From Treponemataceae bacterium (GTDB lineage Bacteria; Spirochaetota; Spirochaetia; Treponematales; Rectinemataceae): a DNA stretch of 64,000 bases. The number at the start of each line of letters is the position of its first letter. Position 1 is the first letter of the stretch. Positions 47,121-56,611 of the stretch are shown here, piece by piece. The stretch is from positions 1,408,001 through 1,472,000 of the forward strand of contig CAXXVZ010000003.1 of the NCBI GenBank assembly GCA_963678065.2, written 5' to 3'. The notes beneath the pieces were generated by a model. It ran no database searches and was not told the origin of the DNA. It saw only the letters and a list, made by a program, of their open reading frames with translations. The position numbers were made by a program, and so were the translations under genes.

Positions 47121-48865
47121 AAATCGCGGGGGAAGTCGAAGGAAACGGCTCTGTCGTCGTCATGCTGCACGACAGCGCTCCGTCCGCTCTTCTCATACTG
47201 GAAAAAACCTTGTTCTCGTCGTTCCGGCATCTGGGAATTCCGTTCTGCGTGGTCTCGGTCGGGGAAGACCTGACCGACGCCCTCTTCGAGGAGTTGATCC
47301 TGCGGCATCCTGCCCTCGTCTTTCCCCAGTCGGGCACCTGCGGGAGGCTCTCCTCGTCGAGGCTCTCCAACCTCGTCCGGGCGCACGAGGCCGGCCTCGG
47401 CCTTATTCTCTACGAACCCCGGACCGGACTGCTCCCGGGGCTCATCCGGGACCTGTTCTCTCTCGACAAAGAAACTCCCGAGCCGGTCGGAAGCTTCGGC
47501 ACCGTCACGGTGGAGGACAATAGTCACTACATCACCTGGCTCAAAGGCTCAGGCGAAGAGTTGCGCTCCGATTCACCTGCCGAATACTCGATCGTCGACG
47601 GCGGGCGCCCCGAAGGTAAGCTCCTTCGCAGCGAAGGCGGCCACAGTCTCATGCTCCTCTCCTCGCGCCGCTCGGGCCGCGCCGTCCTCTTCCCCTTCTC
47701 CATCGAACTCTACACTATGGAATATCTCGGCCACGCCTGCGGGCTGGACGACGTGTTCTCGCGGAGCCTCGTCTGGTCGGCGCGCAAGCCCTTCTTCACG
47801 TGGAGCATGCCCCCGGTGGCGGGCCTCGTCATCGACGACTGCTCCGGATCCTACGACCACTTCGGCTACCTCGATACGCTGAACGGCCACGGATGGAGCC
47901 CCTACCTCTCGCTCTTCACCGACACGATCGATGAGATCGCCCACGAAGATCTGGGGCTGGATTCGCTGCGGCTCAAGCGCGGCTGGGAGGAGGAAAGCCT
48001 CGAAATCGGCTTCCATGCGCTGCGCTACAACGAATCCTTCTGCTTCGACCACCTCGGACGGCGTCCCTTGAACCGCGAGGAGCTCGACGACAGGTTCGCG
48101 CGCTGGGATCACTACCTCGCGAAGTGGAAGGTCCGGCACAGTCCCTGGCTGCATCCGCACTTCGGCGAGATAAGCTCGGCTTCCATTCCGTACTACCGCG
48201 AGCGGGGGATCGAGTTCGTCACCTACCTTCTCCCCCTCGACGCCGCGTGGTTCGATGTGCCCGCCACGATACCGCACATCTCTCCCCAGCCTCCCTACGG
48301 CCACAACGGATACTACATCAATGAGCTGCCGGGCTTCCCCGACCTTTTGGCCTTCAACTGTGTTCTCGACCGGAAAACGAGGATGAGCTCCGACTATGTC
48401 GTGAAAACCGATTATCTCTGGGGAAATACCTGTTTCTGGAGCGAATCGGAGTTCATCGACATCGGAGCGGCCTCCCGGACGCTCGCGGATCAGATAAAGC
48501 GGGGACTGGATTCCGGATTCTACGGAGAGGGCGCCACGCACGAACAGAGAATAGCCTGCCTCCGGAAAGGAGAAATCCGGGAAATTTTCGAGGAGACAGA
48601 CCGTCTCCTCGCGCGGCACAATCCGGAACGACGCCGCTTGGGCGAGATCATGGCCATCGAAAAGAAGCGGCGGAACAGCCGCCTCGTCGCGGTGGACCTG
48701 AACGCCTCCGGGACCTCCCTGCGCTACTCGTTCTCGGCCGAAGACGCGGTCGGAACGGAGTGTCAGATTCATACGGAAGGTCCGGAGGGCTGGCCGCGCA
48801 CGCACCGCCACGCGGTTGCGGGCAGGCAGGCTTCGCTCGCCCTACCCCGGACGACAGGGAACTGA
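47117..48865 (+). CDS. Hypothetical protein with a possible polysaccharide-deacetylase-like domain
   Basis: ATG overlaps lyase stop; LVIDDCSG, EIGFHA and PHFG resemble NodB/CE4 motifs 1-3. Confidence 0.65.
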   Translation: MKIAGEVEGNGSVVVMLHDSAPSALLILEKTLFSSFRHLGIPFCVVSVGEDLTDALFEELILRHPALVFPQSGTCGRLSSSRLSNLVRAHEAGLGLILYEPRTGLLPGLIRDLFSLDKETPEPVGSFGTVTVEDNSHYITWLKGSGEELRSDSPAEYSIVDGGRPEGKLLRSEGGHSLMLLSSRRSGRAVLFPFSIELYTMEYLGHACGLDDVFSRSLVWSARKPFFTWSMPPVAGLVIDDCSGSYDHFGYLDTLNGHGWSPYLSLFTDTIDEIAHEDLGLDSLRLKRGWEEESLEIGFHALRYNESFCFDHLGRRPLNREELDDRFARWDHYLAKWKVRHSPWLHPHFGEISSASIPYYRERGIEFVTYLLPLDAAWFDVPATIPHISPQPPYGHNGYYINELPGFPDLLAFNCVLDRKTRMSSDYVVKTDYLWGNTCFWSESEFIDIGAASRTLADQIKRGLDSGFYGEGATHEQRIACLRKGEIREIFEETDRLLARHNPERRRLGEIMAIEKKRRNSRLVAVDLNASGTSLRYSFSAEDAVGTECQIHTEGPEGWPRTHRHAVAGRQASLALPRTTGN

Positions 48866-48871
48866 AAATCG

Positions 48872-49984
48872 ATGCCGGCACCATCATCGTCGCAAGTCTG
48901 CGCGCTCAAGGACCTGAAGATTCTCGACGGCATACGGAAGGTCTTCTTCACGACGACGGGACTGGCCATCTCTTTCCATTATCCGGGCGGAGACGATTAC
49001 GATTTCTACCCCATCGTCGAGAAAAACCCCTACTGCGAGGCCATCCAGTGCAGCCGCGAGGGTATGGCCCGCTGCCTCAAGAGCGACCAGGATGCCCTCG
49101 TTTCGGCGCGAACGCAGGGCAAGCCTTTCATCTACACCTGCCACGCCGGGCTCCTCAACGTCGTCATCCCCCTCATTTACAAAGGGCGCGATCTGGGAGC
49201 CCTCTTCATCGGGCAGCTGTTCACGCGCAGACAGGATGAATCCGACTTCGATCCGATTTTCCGCGGACTGGAAGCCCTCGGGCTGAAACGGGATGAGCTC
49301 TTCGAATCGTTCAAAAAAGTGAAGGTTTTCGACCACAGGGAGCTGATGCTGGCCATAGACCTCCTTTCTCTCATGTCCAACTACATCATTTCCGTCGAGG
49401 ACGAGATGTACCTGCAATCCGAGCTGTATGAAAAGGAGAAGGAGATACTGCGCTACGAGAATACGCAGATGCAGCTGAAGAACGACCTGCAGAAACTGAG
49501 CATCCGCATCCTCGAAGACAAGATGCAGATAAACTCGGAACAGAATCCCGCGAGATCCGGAAGCGCTCAGAAACGGGCCATCGTCATCCGCGCACAGGAA
49601 TTCATCGAGGAGAATTACGACAGGGACATTTCGCTCTCCGATGTCGCGCGCGCGGTCTACCTCTCGCCGAATTATTTCAGCATGGTTTTCAAGGAGTTCA
49701 CCTGCGACAGTTTCAGCGATTATCTCAACGAGGTGCGCATCCGGAAGGGTAAGGAGTTGCTGCGCGACACGGAACTCCCGATCAAGCACATCGTCGCGCG
49801 CGTGGGATTCAAGGACTACAACTATTTCAACCGGACTTTCAGGAAGTTGGTGGGCATCCCGCCCGGCCTCTACAGAGATTCAGTATCGGCCGCGGCGCAG
49901 GCCTCGCCTCCGGCGGCCGCGAGGGAGGCCGAGGGCGAGCCGCGACCGGGCGGTGGGGATTCCCCCGAAGGAGAACGATCATGA
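48872..49984 (+). CDS. PocR-sensor AraC-family regulator
   Basis: YC..I, CLKSD, YTCHAGL, FIGQ (PocR domain); C-terminal AraC HTH. Confidence 0.9.
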   Translation: MPAPSSSQVCALKDLKILDGIRKVFFTTTGLAISFHYPGGDDYDFYPIVEKNPYCEAIQCSREGMARCLKSDQDALVSARTQGKPFIYTCHAGLLNVVIPLIYKGRDLGALFIGQLFTRRQDESDFDPIFRGLEALGLKRDELFESFKKVKVFDHRELMLAIDLLSLMSNYIISVEDEMYLQSELYEKEKEILRYENTQMQLKNDLQKLSIRILEDKMQINSEQNPARSGSAQKRAIVIRAQEFIEENYDRDISLSDVARAVYLSPNYFSMVFKEFTCDSFSDYLNEVRIRKGKELLRDTELPIKHIVARVGFKDYNYFNRTFRKLVGIPPGLYRDSVSAAAQASPPAAAREAEGEPRPGGGDSPEGERS

Positions 49985-50913
49985 GAAAACGGAGTGCCAT
50001 CGCGAAAGAGTGGTGGGATTATACGACACTGGACGACGGGATACTGAACGACGCGGCGCGGTTGAGCGCTGAGGATCTCGGGCAGCTGTCGCGGCCCGGA
50101 TTCACGGTGCGGATCTACGATACCCGCGAGGATTTCTTCCTCGCGGAAGCCCTGGAATATATCGAAGCCTGGCGGGCGGCGACTCCTTCCAGACCTGCGG
50201 GAATATGCGGTCCCATCGGCCCGACCGAGCAATTGCCCCTCGTGGCCCGCCTCGTCAACGAGTTGGGGATCAAGCTCGACAATTGCCATTTCTGGGGCAT
50301 GGATGAGTGGGTCGACGCGGATGGCCGCTCGGTCGGCCCCGATTTTCCCCTCGGCTTCGCGAAGGCCGACATGGATCTCTGCTTCGGCAGGATTCGCCCG
50401 GAATTGGCGATGCCGCGTGAGAACCTCCATTTCCCGAGCACGTCGGGGCTCGCGGCCTACTCCGGGAGCTTCGATACGTTCAGATGCGCGCTCATGCAGG
50501 GAGGTCAGGGCGAGATCAAGCACTGGGCCTTCAACGACCCGGTCCGCCGCGAAGGAGCCTACGCCGACGAGCCCCCGACGCCGGCCGAGTACCGCAGACT
50601 CGGGGCCAGGATGGTGGAGCTTCACCCCGCGACGATCCTCCAGAACGCGAGGACTTCAGGCGGCGGCGTAGTCTCCGCCATTCCCGGAAGGGCACTCTCC
50701 GTCGGCCCGCGCGAGACCTGGAAGGCCGAGACTGTTTCGATCTGGCATCCCGGCTGGCACGACAATCCCTTCGGTCAGCGCCTCACCGCCTTCATGATTT
50801 CCAAGCGCATCCCCGATTCGTCGGTGCCCATGTCGCTCCTGGCCGACCACCCCGATGTCCGCTTCAATTATCTGCGAAGCGGAATCGGCAGCTGCGCCGT
50901 CGAGATGCACTGA
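49981..50913 (+). CDS. Divergent NagB/glucosamine-6-phosphate isomerase-family protein
   Basis: [39 protein letters not shown]. Confidence 0.72.
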   Translation: MRKRSAIAKEWWDYTTLDDGILNDAARLSAEDLGQLSRPGFTVRIYDTREDFFLAEALEYIEAWRAATPSRPAGICGPIGPTEQLPLVARLVNELGIKLDNCHFWGMDEWVDADGRSVGPDFPLGFAKADMDLCFGRIRPELAMPRENLHFPSTSGLAAYSGSFDTFRCALMQGGQGEIKHWAFNDPVRREGAYADEPPTPAEYRRLGARMVELHPATILQNARTSGGGVVSAIPGRALSVGPRETWKAETVSIWHPGWHDNPFGQRLTAFMISKRIPDSSVPMSLLADHPDVRFNYLRSGIGSCAVEMH

Positions 50914-50926
50914 GGATGGGCAGGAA

Positions 50927-51709
50927 ATGAGCTGCACGGTATTCGCGATAGGCTGCCATCCGGACGACATCGAATTCATGATGTCCGGCACACTCTTCCT
51001 CCTGAAAGAGGTGGGATGCGAGCTGCACACCATGAACCTCGCGAACGGGTGCTGCGGCTCGACCAGATACTCCGCGGAGGAAACCGCGACGACCCGTTCC
51101 CGGGAAGCCGCCGCCGCTGCCGCGTATCTCGAATCGACGCACCATCCGAGTCTCGCCGGCGATCTCGAGGTCTTCTACGAGGATGCACTGATCCGCCGCG
51201 TCGCCGCTGTCGTACGGGAGGTCGCCCCCGACATTCTCCTCCTGCCCTCCCTCGAGGACTACATGGAAGACCACATGAACACGGCGCGCGTAGCGGTCAC
51301 CGCGGCCTTCTGCAGAGGCATGCCCAATTACCGGACCGATCCGGAGCGGAGCATCGTCGAAAAGGATGTCGCGGTGTACCACGCTCTCCCGCACGGGCTT
51401 CGCGACGGAATGGGCAGAATTGTGCGCGCCTCGTCGTACGTGAACATCGATCCGGTGATCGGACTGAAAAAAAGGATGCTCTCCTTCCACGAGAGTCAAA
51501 AGGACTGGCTGGACGAAAGCCAGGGGATGGATTCCTACCTGGAAAGCATGGTTCTGATGGCGCGCGAGGTCGGAATCATGAGCGGAAAATTCACGTACGC
51601 CGAGGGATGGCGCCCACACAACCACCTCGGTCTCTGCTCCGCCGGCTACGATCCCCTGGGAGCTGTGCTTTCTGGATCGATCTACTCCGCGGGAGGACGA
51701 CATGGATAA
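50927..51709 (+). CDS. PIG-L/LmbE-family N-deacetylase
   Basis: GCHPDDIE, R.REA..AA, DYMEDH, FHESQ, YAEG. Confidence 0.88.
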   Translation: MSCTVFAIGCHPDDIEFMMSGTLFLLKEVGCELHTMNLANGCCGSTRYSAEETATTRSREAAAAAAYLESTHHPSLAGDLEVFYEDALIRRVAAVVREVAPDILLLPSLEDYMEDHMNTARVAVTAAFCRGMPNYRTDPERSIVEKDVAVYHALPHGLRDGMGRIVRASSYVNIDPVIGLKKRMLSFHESQKDWLDESQGMDSYLESMVLMAREVGIMSGKFTYAEGWRPHNHLGLCSAGYDPLGAVLSGSIYSAGGRHG

Positions 51710-52781
51710 GGTACGGTATGGACTCGTGGGATTCGGAGGCATCGCTGAGCACCGCATCGCGCGGGAAGGTTTCGGCCTGGACGGGGAAAGATTTTCAGGC
51801 AACGCGAACGCGATTCTGGTCGCGGCCACGGATACCGCCGGATCGAGAAGAGAGGCCGCGGCCGCGCTGGGAATAGAGTGGTGCCCCTCTGTCGGGGAGC
51901 TAGTCGCGCGCGCCGACATCGACGCGATCATCGTAGCGACGAACAATGCATCGCACTACGGGCTCGCGGAAATGGCTCTCTGCGCAGGCAAACATGTCTT
52001 CGTCGAGAAACCGCTCGCCACGCGGGCCGACGATGCGCTCGGGCTGAGACGCCTCGCTTCCGACCGGCGACTCAGTCTCGGAGTCGATCACATGATGACG
52101 CAGAATGCCTTCAACATTGAAGCACGGAGGTTGGTTGAGGAGAAGGCGATCGGCGATGTCGCCGACATCTGCCTGCACATGGAGTTCCTTTTCGGCTCGA
52201 CCGAGGCGGAGGCAGCGTCGTGGCGATGCTCGCGGCCGGATGAGTTGGGAGGGCCGATCGGCGATGTGGGATCGCACTGCCTGTACATGGCGGAGTTCCT
52301 GACCGGCAGCCGGATTTCTTCGATCGGCTGTGTCTATCTTCCGCCGACTCTCGGCATCGTGGTCGAAAATGGCGCGTTCATCCAGTTCTCGATGAAAAAC
52401 GGCCTCGGAGGATCGGCCCGCGTCGCCTTCAACCAGGCGCGGGGCGGTCTTTCCGGAACGATACGGAACCTTGGATACGAGATATACGGAACGGGCGGCG
52501 CTCTGCGGTCCCACGGAACGCTGTTCCAGCTATCCGGTCACCCCGATGAGCCGGTGAAGATCGGGCTCGAGCTGGATCGTGACGGTGTCGTCGACTCCGT
52601 CTCTCTCTCCGAACCGCGGAACATCTACCAGGCGCAGATATCGTCGCACGCGGACTCGATCATCGCGGGAAGGCCGCAGGACGGATGGGAGGGAATCAGA
52701 AACCTCGCCCTCCTCGAACTCTGCCACGACTCGGCGAGACAGGGAGGCGCGATGCTGGAGGTTCCCGAGCGATTCGCCTGA
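51702..52781 (+). CDS. Gfo/Idh/MocA oxidoreductase
   Basis: GLVGFGGIA, GKHVFVEKPLA, GGPIGDVGSH. Confidence 0.9.
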   Translation: MDKVRYGLVGFGGIAEHRIAREGFGLDGERFSGNANAILVAATDTAGSRREAAAALGIEWCPSVGELVARADIDAIIVATNNASHYGLAEMALCAGKHVFVEKPLATRADDALGLRRLASDRRLSLGVDHMMTQNAFNIEARRLVEEKAIGDVADICLHMEFLFGSTEAEAASWRCSRPDELGGPIGDVGSHCLYMAEFLTGSRISSIGCVYLPPTLGIVVENGAFIQFSMKNGLGGSARVAFNQARGGLSGTIRNLGYEIYGTGGALRSHGTLFQLSGHPDEPVKIGLELDRDGVVDSVSLSEPRNIYQAQISSHADSIIAGRPQDGWEGIRNLALLELCHDSARQGGAMLEVPERFA

Positions 52782-52811
52782 CTGCTGCGGGATATGAAAC
52801 CCGCCTGCGGA

Positions 52812-54050
52812 TCAGAGCTCCAGCGTCGCGAAAAGGTCGTCCAGCGTCTCAGCCCTGCGGATCATCTTCACCGAGCCGTCGGGGCGGAGAAGGAGTTCGG
52901 CGCTGAGGAGCTTGCCGTTGTAGTTGAAGCCCATGGCGTGTCCGTGGGCGCCCGTGTCGTGGATGACGACGAGGTCGCCGGGGAAAACTTCCGGGATCAG
53001 CCTGTCGACGGCGAACTTGTCGTTGTTCTCGCACAGGGAGCCCGTGACGTCGCAGAGCATGGCGGGTCCCGATTTCCCTGGCACAGAGATGTGGTGGTAG
53101 GCGCCATACAGCGCGGGTCTCATGAGGTTCGCCATGCAGGAGTCCAGACCCACGTAGGTCTTGTACGTTCTCTTGACGTGGAGGACGCGCGAGACGAGGT
53201 AGCCGTAGGGCCCCGTGACCATTCTCCCTGATTCCATGAGGATCCTGATGTCGGGATGTCCTGTCGCGACGAGCCTGCCGTAGGCCGCCCGGATGCCCGC
53301 CGACACGCGCGCCATGTCGACGCGGTCCTGCTCCGGCCGGTAGGGAATGCCTATCCCGCCCCCCAGGTTGATGAAGTCGAAATCGATGCCGAGCTTTGTC
53401 CGCAACTGCGCGGCGAGGTCGAAGAGTATCGCCGTCGTCTCGATGAAGTAATCGGGATCGAGTTCGTTGGATGCCACCATCGTGTGGAGCCCGAAGCGCT
53501 TTACGCCCCGGGCCTTCAGGACCGCGAAGCCCTCGAAGAGTTGATCCCGCGTGAAGCCGTACTTGGCCTGTTCGGGTTTCCCTATGATGTCGTTGCCCTT
53601 CTTGAGGGAGCCAGGGTTGTAGCGGCAGCACACGAGTCCGGGAAGGCGGCCTGCGGCCCGCTCGAGGCAGTCTATATGGCTTATGTCGTCCAGGTTGACG
53701 ATGGCGCCGAGTCCGGCGGCCTTCGCGAATTCGTCGTCAGGAGTGTCGTTGGCGGTGAACATGATTTCCCCGCCGCGGAATCCGGCCCGCTCGGCCAGGA
53801 CAAGCTCCGCCAGCGAAGAACAATCGGCACCCATGCCCTCCTCCCTGAGTATTCCGAGGATCGCGGGATTGGGCAGGGCCTTCACGGCGAAATGGTTGCA
53901 AAACCCCCGGGGAACCCATGAGAAGGCCCCGCCCAGCGCCGCCGCGTTCGCGCGGATGGCGGCCTCGTCGTAAATGTGGAATGGAGTCGGATGGAGCGCG
54001 ACGATTTCCGAGAGACGTTCCGGCGTGAAGGGAAGGGTTTTCGCGTTCAT
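52812..54050 (-). CDS. lysA: Diaminopimelate decarboxylase
   Basis: TPFHIYDE, FAVKALPN, KYG, NLGGGIG, ESGR, GSLCENND, DTGAHG. Confidence 0.9.
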   Translation of the reverse strand: MNAKTLPFTPERLSEIVALHPTPFHIYDEAAIRANAAALGGAFSWVPRGFCNHFAVKALPNPAILGILREEGMGADCSSLAELVLAERAGFRGGEIMFTANDTPDDEFAKAAGLGAIVNLDDISHIDCLERAAGRLPGLVCCRYNPGSLKKGNDIIGKPEQAKYGFTRDQLFEGFAVLKARGVKRFGLHTMVASNELDPDYFIETTAILFDLAAQLRTKLGIDFDFINLGGGIGIPYRPEQDRVDMARVSAGIRAAYGRLVATGHPDIRILMESGRMVTGPYGYLVSRVLHVKRTYKTYVGLDSCMANLMRPALYGAYHHISVPGKSGPAMLCDVTGSLCENNDKFAVDRLIPEVFPGDLVVIHDTGAHGHAMGFNYNGKLLSAELLLRPDGSVKMIRRAETLDDLFATLEL

Positions 54051-54056
54051 CCCGGA

Positions 54057-54086
54057 ACGATAGAGCGCCGGAGCTGATTCTGTCAA
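54057..54086 (-). promoter_or_regulatory. Promoter giving a leaderless lysA transcript
   Basis: TTGACA-18 bp-TATCGT, 6 nt before the ATG, no SD. Confidence 0.55.
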
Positions 54087-54201
54087 TTCATTGCGCGGTC
54101 GCTCTGTGCCCGACGGATGCGCGAACAAAGGGGCGCTTTCCTTTTTCCGCGTTCCGGTGTAAAATTCCGACCTTGCGAATACCGGCAACAAGGAGAACAG
54201 A

Positions 54202-55398
54202 ATGGATTCCAATGGCATCCGCGACCTCATCGCAGCGCTGAAGACCAAGAAAATCGATATGTTCCACAAGGACTTCCTCCTGACCTGGGAGAAGACCAGG
54301 GACGAGATCGACGCGACCTTCCTCGTCGCGGACATCCTCCGAGAGATGCGGCAGAACAACATCAGCCCCCGCATCTGGGATTCCGGCATCGCAGTCTCCA
54401 ACTTCCGCGACAATTCGACGCGCACGCGATTCTCTTTCGCTTCGGCCTGCGACCTCCTCGGCCTCTATGTCCAGGACCTCGACGAGGGCAAGAGCCAGAT
54501 CGCCCACGGCGAGACGGTGCGCGAAACCGCGAACATGATCAGCTTCCTCACCGAAGCCATCGGCATCCGCGACGACATGTACTTGGGCGAGGGCGACACG
54601 TACCAGCGCGAGGTCGGCACATCCCTCGATGCAGGCGTCGCCTCCGGCGTCCTTTCCGACCGTCCCACTGTCGTCAACCTCCAGTCCGACATCGACCATC
54701 CGACCCAGGCGATGGCCGACTTCCTCCACCTCGCCCACTACTACGGCGGCCTCGAGGCGCTCAAGGGCAAGAAGATCGCCATGAGCTGGGCCTACAGCCC
54801 CTCCTACGGCAAGCCGCTCTCCGTTCCCCAGGGCATAATCGGCCTCGCGAGCCGCTTCGGCATGGAGATCACCCTCGCCCACCCCGCGGGCTACGACCTC
54901 ATCCCGGAGGTCGTCGAGCTCTCCAAAAAACAGGCCGCCGCCTCCGGTGGATCATTCAGGCACGTCAACTCCATGGACGAGGCATTCGTGGGCGCCGACA
55001 TCGTCTATCCGAAGAGCTGGGCCCCCTACGACGTCATGCAGAAGCGCGTGCCCCTGCTGCACTCAGGCGATCAGGCCGGCCTCAAGGATCTCGAGAAGGC
55101 CTGCCTCGCCAACAACGCGAAGTTCAAGGACTGGGAGTGCACGGAAGAGAAAATGAAACTCACGGCGGGCGGCAAGGCGCTCTACATGCACTGCCTCCCC
55201 GCCGACATCACCGACGTGTCCTGCGCGGCGGGCGAGGTCGCGGCCAGCGTCTTCGACCGCTACCGCGACGACACCTACCGCGAGGCTTCCTACAAGCCCT
55301 ACATCATCGCTGCCATGATAGCGCTCGGCAAACTGGAGAATCCCGCCGCCACGCTGAACCGCCTCCTCGAGCGCGGCGCGACGCGCTTTGTACGGTGA
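54202..55398 (+). CDS. ygeW: Knotted carbamoyltransferase YgeW
   Basis: FRDNSTRTRFSF, DHPTQ, WAYSPSYGKPLSVPQG, YPKSWAP, HCLPADI. Confidence 0.93.
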   Translation: MDSNGIRDLIAALKTKKIDMFHKDFLLTWEKTRDEIDATFLVADILREMRQNNISPRIWDSGIAVSNFRDNSTRTRFSFASACDLLGLYVQDLDEGKSQIAHGETVRETANMISFLTEAIGIRDDMYLGEGDTYQREVGTSLDAGVASGVLSDRPTVVNLQSDIDHPTQAMADFLHLAHYYGGLEALKGKKIAMSWAYSPSYGKPLSVPQGIIGLASRFGMEITLAHPAGYDLIPEVVELSKKQAAASGGSFRHVNSMDEAFVGADIVYPKSWAPYDVMQKRVPLLHSGDQAGLKDLEKACLANNAKFKDWECTEEKMKLTAGGKALYMHCLPADITDVSCAAGEVAASVFDRYRDDTYREASYKPYIIAAMIALGKLENPAATLNRLLERGATRFVR

Positions 55399-55409
55399 GC
55401 GTCGCGACG

Positions 55410-55427
55410 ACGCGTTTCGTGCGGTAA
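55410..55427 (+). repeat. Synonymously diverged duplicate of the ygeW 3' end
   Basis: ACG CGC TTT GTA CGG TGA (55381-55398) vs ACG CGT TTC GTG CGG TAA; both encode TRFVR*. Confidence 0.65.
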
Positions 55428-55529
55428 TCAGGCCGGCATGACGTGAGCGCTTGTCAAAGTTCATCATGCCGACCTGAAGATCCATAGGGAGGTTGCCTGA
55501 GCCGATCGGCCTCGGCTATGCTGCCTCCC

Positions 55530-56510
55530 ATGGAACACTTCATTCTTCCGAATACCGACCTTGATTCCTCGCGCCTGGCCTTCGGATGCATGGGCTTCGG
55601 CATCGACTGGAAGCGGACTCCCCATACAAGGACCGATGTAGACGCCGCCGAACGCTCGCTTCTGTGCGCGCTCGATGCGGGTTTCAACTTCTTCGACCAC
55701 GCGGACATCTACAAGGGTTCCAAGTCCGAATCCATTTTCGGCGAGGTGCTGGAACGCCATCCCGGAATCCGGGACGGAATCATCGTCCAGACCAAATGCG
55801 GCATCTTCCTTCGCGGCGATCCAGATCCGGAGAGCCCTGGCCGCTTCGACTTTTCCAGAGAACACATCCTCGAAGCCGCTCGCGGCAGTCTCGCCCGTCT
55901 CAAGTGCGGCCGCATCGACATCCTCCTCCTGCACAGGCCGGATCCCCTCATGGAGCCCGAAGAAGTCGCAAAAGCCTTCGCCATACTGAAAAACGAAGGA
56001 AGTGTCCGCTATTTCGGAGTCAGCAATTTCTCGGGAGCCCAGATGGCCTTCCTGCAGGATTATCTGCCCGATGCGCTCGTCGCGAACCAGCTTGAAATGA
56101 GTCTGAACCATTACGATTTTGCGGAGACGGACATTTCGGTGAACCAGAGGCCGAACCCGGTTCCGCAGGGTATGACCGACACTGTCCAGTATTGCAGGAA
56201 ACACGGCGTAACCCTCCAGGCATGGAGTCCTCTGGCTCACGGCAAGATCACGGCCAGAGACCTTCGGGACCAGCAGCCGAGCGAGCGGGAGACTGCCCTC
56301 CTCGTCCGCGCCCTCGCCGCCGAACGCGGCGTTCCGCCCGAAGCAGTGGCCATCGCCTGGCTCCTGCGGCACCCGGCCAGGATTCAGCCAGTCACCGGCA
56401 CCACGGATGAAGACCGCATCAGAGCCTGTGCCCGCGCGATGGAAGTGAGCCTTTCCCGCGAGGAATGGTACAACCTGTTTATCGCGGCCAGGGGAAAACC
56501 GATGCCCTGA
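55530..56510 (+). CDS. Aldo/keto reductase (YdhF/YcsN-like)
   Basis: FGCM, FDHADIY, QTKCG, LLHRPD, GVSNF, QAWSPL, AWLLRHP. Confidence 0.9.
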   Translation: MEHFILPNTDLDSSRLAFGCMGFGIDWKRTPHTRTDVDAAERSLLCALDAGFNFFDHADIYKGSKSESIFGEVLERHPGIRDGIIVQTKCGIFLRGDPDPESPGRFDFSREHILEAARGSLARLKCGRIDILLLHRPDPLMEPEEVAKAFAILKNEGSVRYFGVSNFSGAQMAFLQDYLPDALVANQLEMSLNHYDFAETDISVNQRPNPVPQGMTDTVQYCRKHGVTLQAWSPLAHGKITARDLRDQQPSERETALLVRALAAERGVPPEAVAIAWLLRHPARIQPVTGTTDEDRIRACARAMEVSLSREEWYNLFIAARGKPMP

Positions 56511-56611
56511 CAGAAGATGGTGGCCGCGCGATAGTCCCATGGATCTCCCTCACGCGGGGCATCCATGTAGTCCGCACGCGGCGGTCCCCGCGTCACACAG
56601 CTCAGGCAGAC

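Noticed and set aside
54051..54201. Lysine or purine riboswitch between lysA and ygeW
   Set aside because: The lysA promoter abuts its start codon, and no recognisable aptamer consensus is present
56538..56593. Overlapping short hairpins (CATGGAT/ATCCATG, ACGCGGGG/CCCCGCGT) between convergent genes
   Set aside because: Short stems with long loops in GC-rich DNA; cannot be distinguished from chance
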